Shown here piece after piece: positions 14,467 through 16,069 of a stretch of 16,069 nucleotides of DNA. The position numbers and the translations under genes are program-made. A model generated the notes under the pieces. It saw only the letters and a program-made list of their open reading frames with translations. It ran no database searches and was not told where the DNA came from. The DNA is from a virus (taxonomy: Duplodnaviria; Heunggongvirae; Uroviricota; Caudoviricetes): IMG/VR virus record IMGVR_UViG_2526164651_000005, one strand, 5' to 3'. Position 1 is the stretch's first letter. Every line of letters starts with the position of its first letter.

Positions 14467-14481
14467 TGTTCCACGTTGTTT
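14467..14481. repeat. Second copy of the 15-bp motif TTGTTCCACGTTGTT (also at 6938..6952)
   Basis: Exact 15-bp identity between two loci about 7.5 kb apart in the same element; both are preceded by TATTTGTTC. Confidence 0.5.
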
Positions 14482-14498
14482 CATACAGTGCACCGAAC

Positions 14499-14522
14499 GG
14501 TGTAGTTAATGGTGTAGTCAAT
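14499..14522. repeat. Tandem 12-bp direct repeat GGTGTAGTTAAT / GGTGTAGTCAAT, with a (CTTGA)x3 tract nearby at 14573..14587, close to the phoQ 3' end
   Basis: Read directly. Located in the non-coding stretch between the element cargo and the phoQ stop codon; candidate att or arm-site region. Confidence 0.35.
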
Positions 14523-14608
14523 TTGCGATTTTTGGCACTTTTTCAATGAAAATTGTTTAATCGAATCAATGGCTTGACTTGACTTGATGTAGTGATAAAA
14601 GGACATAT

Positions 14609-16069
14609 TTATTCATCTTTCGGCGCAGAATGCTGGCGACCAAAAATCACCTCCATCCGCGCACCGCCCAGCATGCTCTCTCCGGCGACGATTTTACCCT
14701 CATATTGCTCGGTGATTTCGCGGGCTACCGCCAGCCCTACACCTTGCCCAGGGCGTAAAGTATCAACCCGTTGACCACGGTCGAAAATGATCTCTCGCTT
14801 GCTTAATGGAATACCGGGGCCATCATCCTCGACCACAATATAGAGATGCTCGTCGGTTTGCCTTGCAGAAATTTCGACAAACTCGAGGCAATATTTACAG
14901 GCATTATCCAGCACGTTGCCCATCACCTCGACAAAATCGTTCTGCTCACCGACAAAGCTGATCTCTGGCGAAATATCGAGAGAGATATTGACCCCTTTGC
15001 GTTGATACACTTTGTTCAGCGCTGAGGTGAGATTGTCCAGCAGTGGGGCGACCGGATGCAGCTCGCGGCTGAGCAATGTCCCGCCGCGCATACTGGCACG
15101 ATGCAGGTAGTAGCCAATTTGCTGTGAAATGCGGCTGATTTGCTCCAGCATTACCGGCTCAGCATCACTGACGCTCATCTTTTCACTACGCAGAGAACGC
15201 AGCGTACTTTGCAGCACCGCCAGTGGCGTTTTCAGACTATGGGTCAGGTCGGTGAGCGTCGTACGGTATTTGTCGTAACGTTCGCGTTCACTTTTTAACA
15301 ATCGGTTCAGGTTTCGTACCAGACTGGTCAGTTCTCGCGTTGTGGCTGGATTGAGCAATTCGCGGTTATGTTCTTCCAGTTCGCGGACTTCTTTTGCCAG
15401 GGCTTCGATGGGGCGTAAACTCCACCAGGCGGCGACCCACAGCAGCGGGATCACTAACAGCAGATTGGCTGAGAGCACATAGATAAACCAGCTCCAGACC
15501 ATATAGGAACTTTTTAGCTCCACCGGAATGGTATCCACCACCACAATGGTTAATTTTGGCATCCGCGATGTTGCCGGGTAGACGTTTACCGCCACCGAGT
15601 GGGTCATCTCCGCGTCGTCATCATCTTCCCGCACTTCCTGCAACTGTTGCTGTATCGAATGATCTCCACTCAGCAAGAGGCTGGTATCGTTAACATCCGC
15701 TTCAATTTCATGAAAACCATTCGATTTCAGCCAGTCAGGCTGGATCATTTTCATCAGCCAGGGCACGTCACGTTGCGCCCATAAAAGCTGCCCGTTCTCA
15801 TCATAAATTAGCGTCATGGTGGGGCTTTGCTTGTCGATATTTTCGGGTAACTCGACATGCAACTTATTGTTTTCCCACTGCGCAAGGGTATAGAACAGAT
15901 TGCTCTCGCCACGTAACAGCCGAAACGTAGTTTTATCGAAACTGACGCTATAACCGATCAGCGCGACCATTCCGTAGGCAAGCGAAAGCACCAGTACTAC
16001 CGCTGCCGTTGCCAACAGAAAACGTACCCGCAGCGAGAGCGGGAAAAAAAGACGCAGTAATTTTTTCAT
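14609..16069 (-). CDS. phoQ: Sensor histidine kinase PhoQ (PhoP/PhoQ two-component system), 486 aa, host chromosomal gene
   Basis: Full-length translation matches E. coli PhoQ by recollection ([25 protein letters not shown]... through ...[18 protein letters not shown]). Contains the histidine-kinase H-box ([12 protein letters not shown]) and the ATPase G-boxes ([14 protein letters not shown]). The start codon is the last three bases of the window. Confidence 0.97.
   Translation of the reverse strand: MKKLLRLFFPLSLRVRFLLATAAVVLVLSLAYGMVALIGYSVSFDKTTFRLLRGESNLFYTLAQWENNKLHVELPENIDKQSPTMTLIYDENGQLLWAQRDVPWLMKMIQPDWLKSNGFHEIEADVNDTSLLLSGDHSIQQQLQEVREDDDDAEMTHSVAVNVYPATSRMPKLTIVVVDTIPVELKSSYMVWSWFIYVLSANLLLVIPLLWVAAWWSLRPIEALAKEVRELEEHNRELLNPATTRELTSLVRNLNRLLKSERERYDKYRTTLTDLTHSLKTPLAVLQSTLRSLRSEKMSVSDAEPVMLEQISRISQQIGYYLHRASMRGGTLLSRELHPVAPLLDNLTSALNKVYQRKGVNISLDISPEISFVGEQNDFVEVMGNVLDNACKYCLEFVEISARQTDEHLYIVVEDDGPGIPLSKREIIFDRGQRVDTLRPGQGVGLAVAREITEQYEGKIVAGESMLGGARMEVIFGRQHSAPKDE

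Noticed and set aside
13804-14608. tRNA or tmRNA gene as the integration target within the window
   Set aside because: No segment shows the conserved tRNA features (acceptor-stem complementarity with a GTTCGAATC-like T-arm box) that I could recognise by eye. A tRNA upstream of position 1 cannot be excluded.
14592-14774. 60-aa plus-strand ORF overlapping the phoQ 3' end
   Set aside because: Antisense to the C-terminal coding region of an intact, highly recognisable phoQ; no ribosome-binding site.

Overview
The window is an Escherichia-type chromosome segment in which almost everything from position 1 to about 14.2 kb is one integrated mobile element, followed by the host phoQ sensor-kinase gene on the minus strand (14609..16069). 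The element has the hallmarks of a phage satellite (PICI): a P4-family tyrosine integrase, an AlpA/Vis-type regulator, a P4-alpha-like primase/helicase and an iteron-rich origin directly downstream of it. Unlike classical P4-like satellites or PICIs, it also encodes a complete HK97-type head and packaging set (major capsid, prohead protease, portal, head-closure and gp6-like connector proteins, HNH endonuclease, small and large terminase) but no tail, baseplate, tape-measure or lysis genes. That matches the recently described capsid-forming PICIs, which build their own capsids and take only tails from a helper phage. Around this core are several unannotatable small-gene clusters and non-coding structures: a perfect-palindrome operator, a duplicated terminator bracketing a small gene, a structured capsid leader, and 10-bp-phased repeat arrays. 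All calls rest on reading the sequence and ORF translations by eye; no searches or folding were run, and small-ORF calls and motif coordinates should be treated as hypotheses.
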